A stretch of DNA of 64,000 nt. Source: Stegostoma tigrinum. Taxonomy: Eukaryota. The DNA lies in assembly GCF_030684315.1 (NCBI RefSeq), contig NC_081362.1:23696571-23760570 (forward strand), read 5' to 3'. The position numbers and the translations under genes were made by a program. Positions 62,109 to 64,000 of the stretch are shown here, one piece after another; within the stretch, counting starts at the first letter, position 1; every line of letters begins with the position of its first letter. The notes below the pieces were generated by a model that saw only the letters and a program-made list of their open reading frames with translations, had not been told where the DNA came from and made no database searches.

Positions 62109-62832
62109 TGTTGTTCTTTCAGATCTCCAGTTTGTACTGCTTAGCCAAGTGGAATATACCACTACACTCAGACCTAACGGGACAGTTGCAGCTTTACTTA
62201 ATATTTAAAATATTTCAAAACAGTTGGGGTGGGCAATGTCATTGCTCTTAGTTTTGCGGGTCTCTGGTCCTTGCTGCTTCATACAGATCAACTATACATT
62301 CCTCAAAACAGGTGCAAAATTTCATAATTAAATATTGTTCTTCATTTCTTTCAGGTCTCAAGCTGGTTAGATGCGATACAGAAGTCATACATAGGTGCTC
62401 GATTTTATTATTTCAAAAAGGGTTTTGGGTGGGCAATAGAATTTTTCTTAGTTTTTCAGATCTTCAGTGCTTGCTGCTCCTGACATGGAACATACACAAA
62501 GGTGCTCATTCTCACTTGAAAATTCCAATTTCAGGTCTGTGTTGCTTAACGTGGATGTACCTTTACTCAGGTTCTACATCTCATTCCCATCTCAAACCAT
62601 CTCAGAAGGGGTTTATATAGGATGAGGAACATTATTGTTTTTAGTTTCTCAGGTTTCAAATCTTTTCTGCAGAAGTGAAAATACTATGGACAGTCTTTAG
62701 TGGGTGCCAAATTTCATAATTAAATGAAAAGTTTCAGTGGATTTTTCTGGGGTGGGCAAATGGCTTGCATTTTAGTTTTTCAGATCCCTGAATCCTGAAG
62801 CTTCAGTTCAGTGACTTAAAGTAATTCTTCAG
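62109..62832. repeat. Degenerate tandem repeat of roughly 100-bp units
   Basis: Recurring 'ggtgggcaa' (~62228, ~62428, ~62751), 'ttagtttttcagatc' (~62448, ~62772), 'aaatttcataattaaat' (~62317, ~62710) and 'tttcag(g/a)tct'. Confidence 0.6.
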
Positions 62833-63174
62833 GTTGAGGCTGGGTCAATTACAACATTTAAAAGGCATCTGGGTGGGTAAATGGGTAGGAAGGATTTAGA
62901 AGGATAGGAGCTAAATACTGGCAAATGATATCTGATTGGCATGGACGATTCGGACCAAAGTGTCTGTTTCCACGCTGTACATCTCTATGAATCTATGACT
63001 CTAATTACAAATAATATACATGTCACAATGCCCATTGAACTAATGTCAATTTGTCTGGTGCCACACACTCTAGTAACAGTATGTTTCTCTTGAAAATAAG
63101 ACAGTATTTGTTCTTAGAAAAAATGGCAAGCTAACCTTCAGATGAAAGCAGGCAAGGGGGCAATGGTTGGCCAA

Positions 63175-64000
63175 CACAGAACATAGAACATTACAGCACA
63201 GTACAGGACATTCGGCCCTCGATGTTGTGCCGACCTGTCATACCGATCTCAAGCCCATCTAACCTACACTATTCCATGTACGTCCATATGCTTATCCAAT
63301 GACGCCTTAAATGAACCCAAGGTTGGTGAATCTACTACCGTAGCAGGCAAAGTGTTCCATTCCCTTACTACTCTCTGAGTAAAGAAACTACCTCTGACAT
63401 CTGTCCTATATCTTTCACCCCTCAATTTAAAGCTATGCCCCCTCGTGCTCACCGTCACCATCCTAGGAAAAAGGCTCTCCCTATCCACCCTATCTAACCC
63501 TCTGATTATTTTATATGTTTCAATTAAGTCACCTCTCAACCTTCTTCTCTCTAATGAAAACAGCCTCAAGTCCCTCAGCCTTTCCTCGTAAGTCCTTCCC
63601 TCCATACCAGGCAACATCCTAGTAAATCTCCTCTGTACTCTTTCCAAAGCTTCCACATCCTTCTTATAATGCGGTGACCAGAACTGTACACAATACTCCA
63701 AGTGCGGCCGCACCAGAGTTTTGTACAGCTTCACCATAACCTCATGGTTCCGGAACTCGATCCCTCTATTAATAAAAGCTAAAACACTATGCCTTCTTAA
63801 CAGCCCTGTCAACCTGGGTGGCAACTTTCAAGTATCTGTGTACATGGACACCGATACCTCTCTGCTCATCTACACTACTAAGAATCTTACCATTAGCCCA
63901 GTACTTTGCCTTCCGATTACTCCTACCAAAGTGCATCACCTCACACTTGTCTGCATAAAACTCCATTTGCCACCTCTCAGCCCAGCTCTGCAGCTTATCT
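63175..64000 (-). mobile_element. Young CR1 (HER1-like) 3' end, continuing past the window edge
   Basis: ORF 63264-63824 reads LYKTLVRPHLEYCVQFWSPHYKKDVEALERVQRRFTRMLPG...RLRGDLIETYKI; tail 'cagaacatagaacattacagcacag'. Confidence 0.93.

Larger units (their letters stand above)
60830..63003 (+). mobile_element. CR1 RT and 3' end, split by an insertion at 61721-62832
   Basis: GVLQGLVLGLLLFVIYINDLD, KFADDTK, LYRTLTRPLLEYCIQFWSP. Breaks after 'ccagaggaagtg' (61720) and resumes at 'gttgaggctgg' (62833); tail 'ctctatgaatctatgactct'. Confidence 0.9.

Overview
This is eukaryotic, non-coding vertebrate DNA, most likely from an elasmobranch (shark). That call rests on HE1/V-type tRNA SINEs, HER1-like CR1 LINEs and abundant Penelope-like elements (PLEs). 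I found no host protein-coding gene, tRNA, rRNA or CRISPR array. Nearly every ORF in the track that I can interpret is a transposon fragment or an antisense or shifted frame of one. More than half of the window is nested mobile DNA: about 15 CR1 pieces, a Rex1/Babar LINE, a decayed Gypsy LTR element, Neptune- and Poseidon-type PLEs, Harbinger remnants (transposase and Myb/SANT) and a Tigger/pogo remnant. Five signals stand out. (1) Minimal hammerhead-ribozyme motifs sit in the terminal repeats of three PLE families, including tiny palindromic insertions (one with a perfect TSD) that carry one hammerhead on each strand, and a mini-element bracketed by two direct hammerhead repeats. (2) A LINE family appears to begin with a tRNA-derived SINE head leading straight into the endonuclease ORF (three copies), alongside a SINE that looks like the head and tail of that LINE. 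(3) A 1.1-kb block of SINE plus upstream tandem repeat splits a CR1, a possible 5' transduction. (4) A young PLE has a perfect 12-bp TSD and only one stop in its retained RT/GIY-YIG frame. (5) A few repeat-poor AT-rich islands are candidate conserved non-coding elements. Family names come from motif recognition by eye, not database searches, and boundaries of old repeats are approximate.
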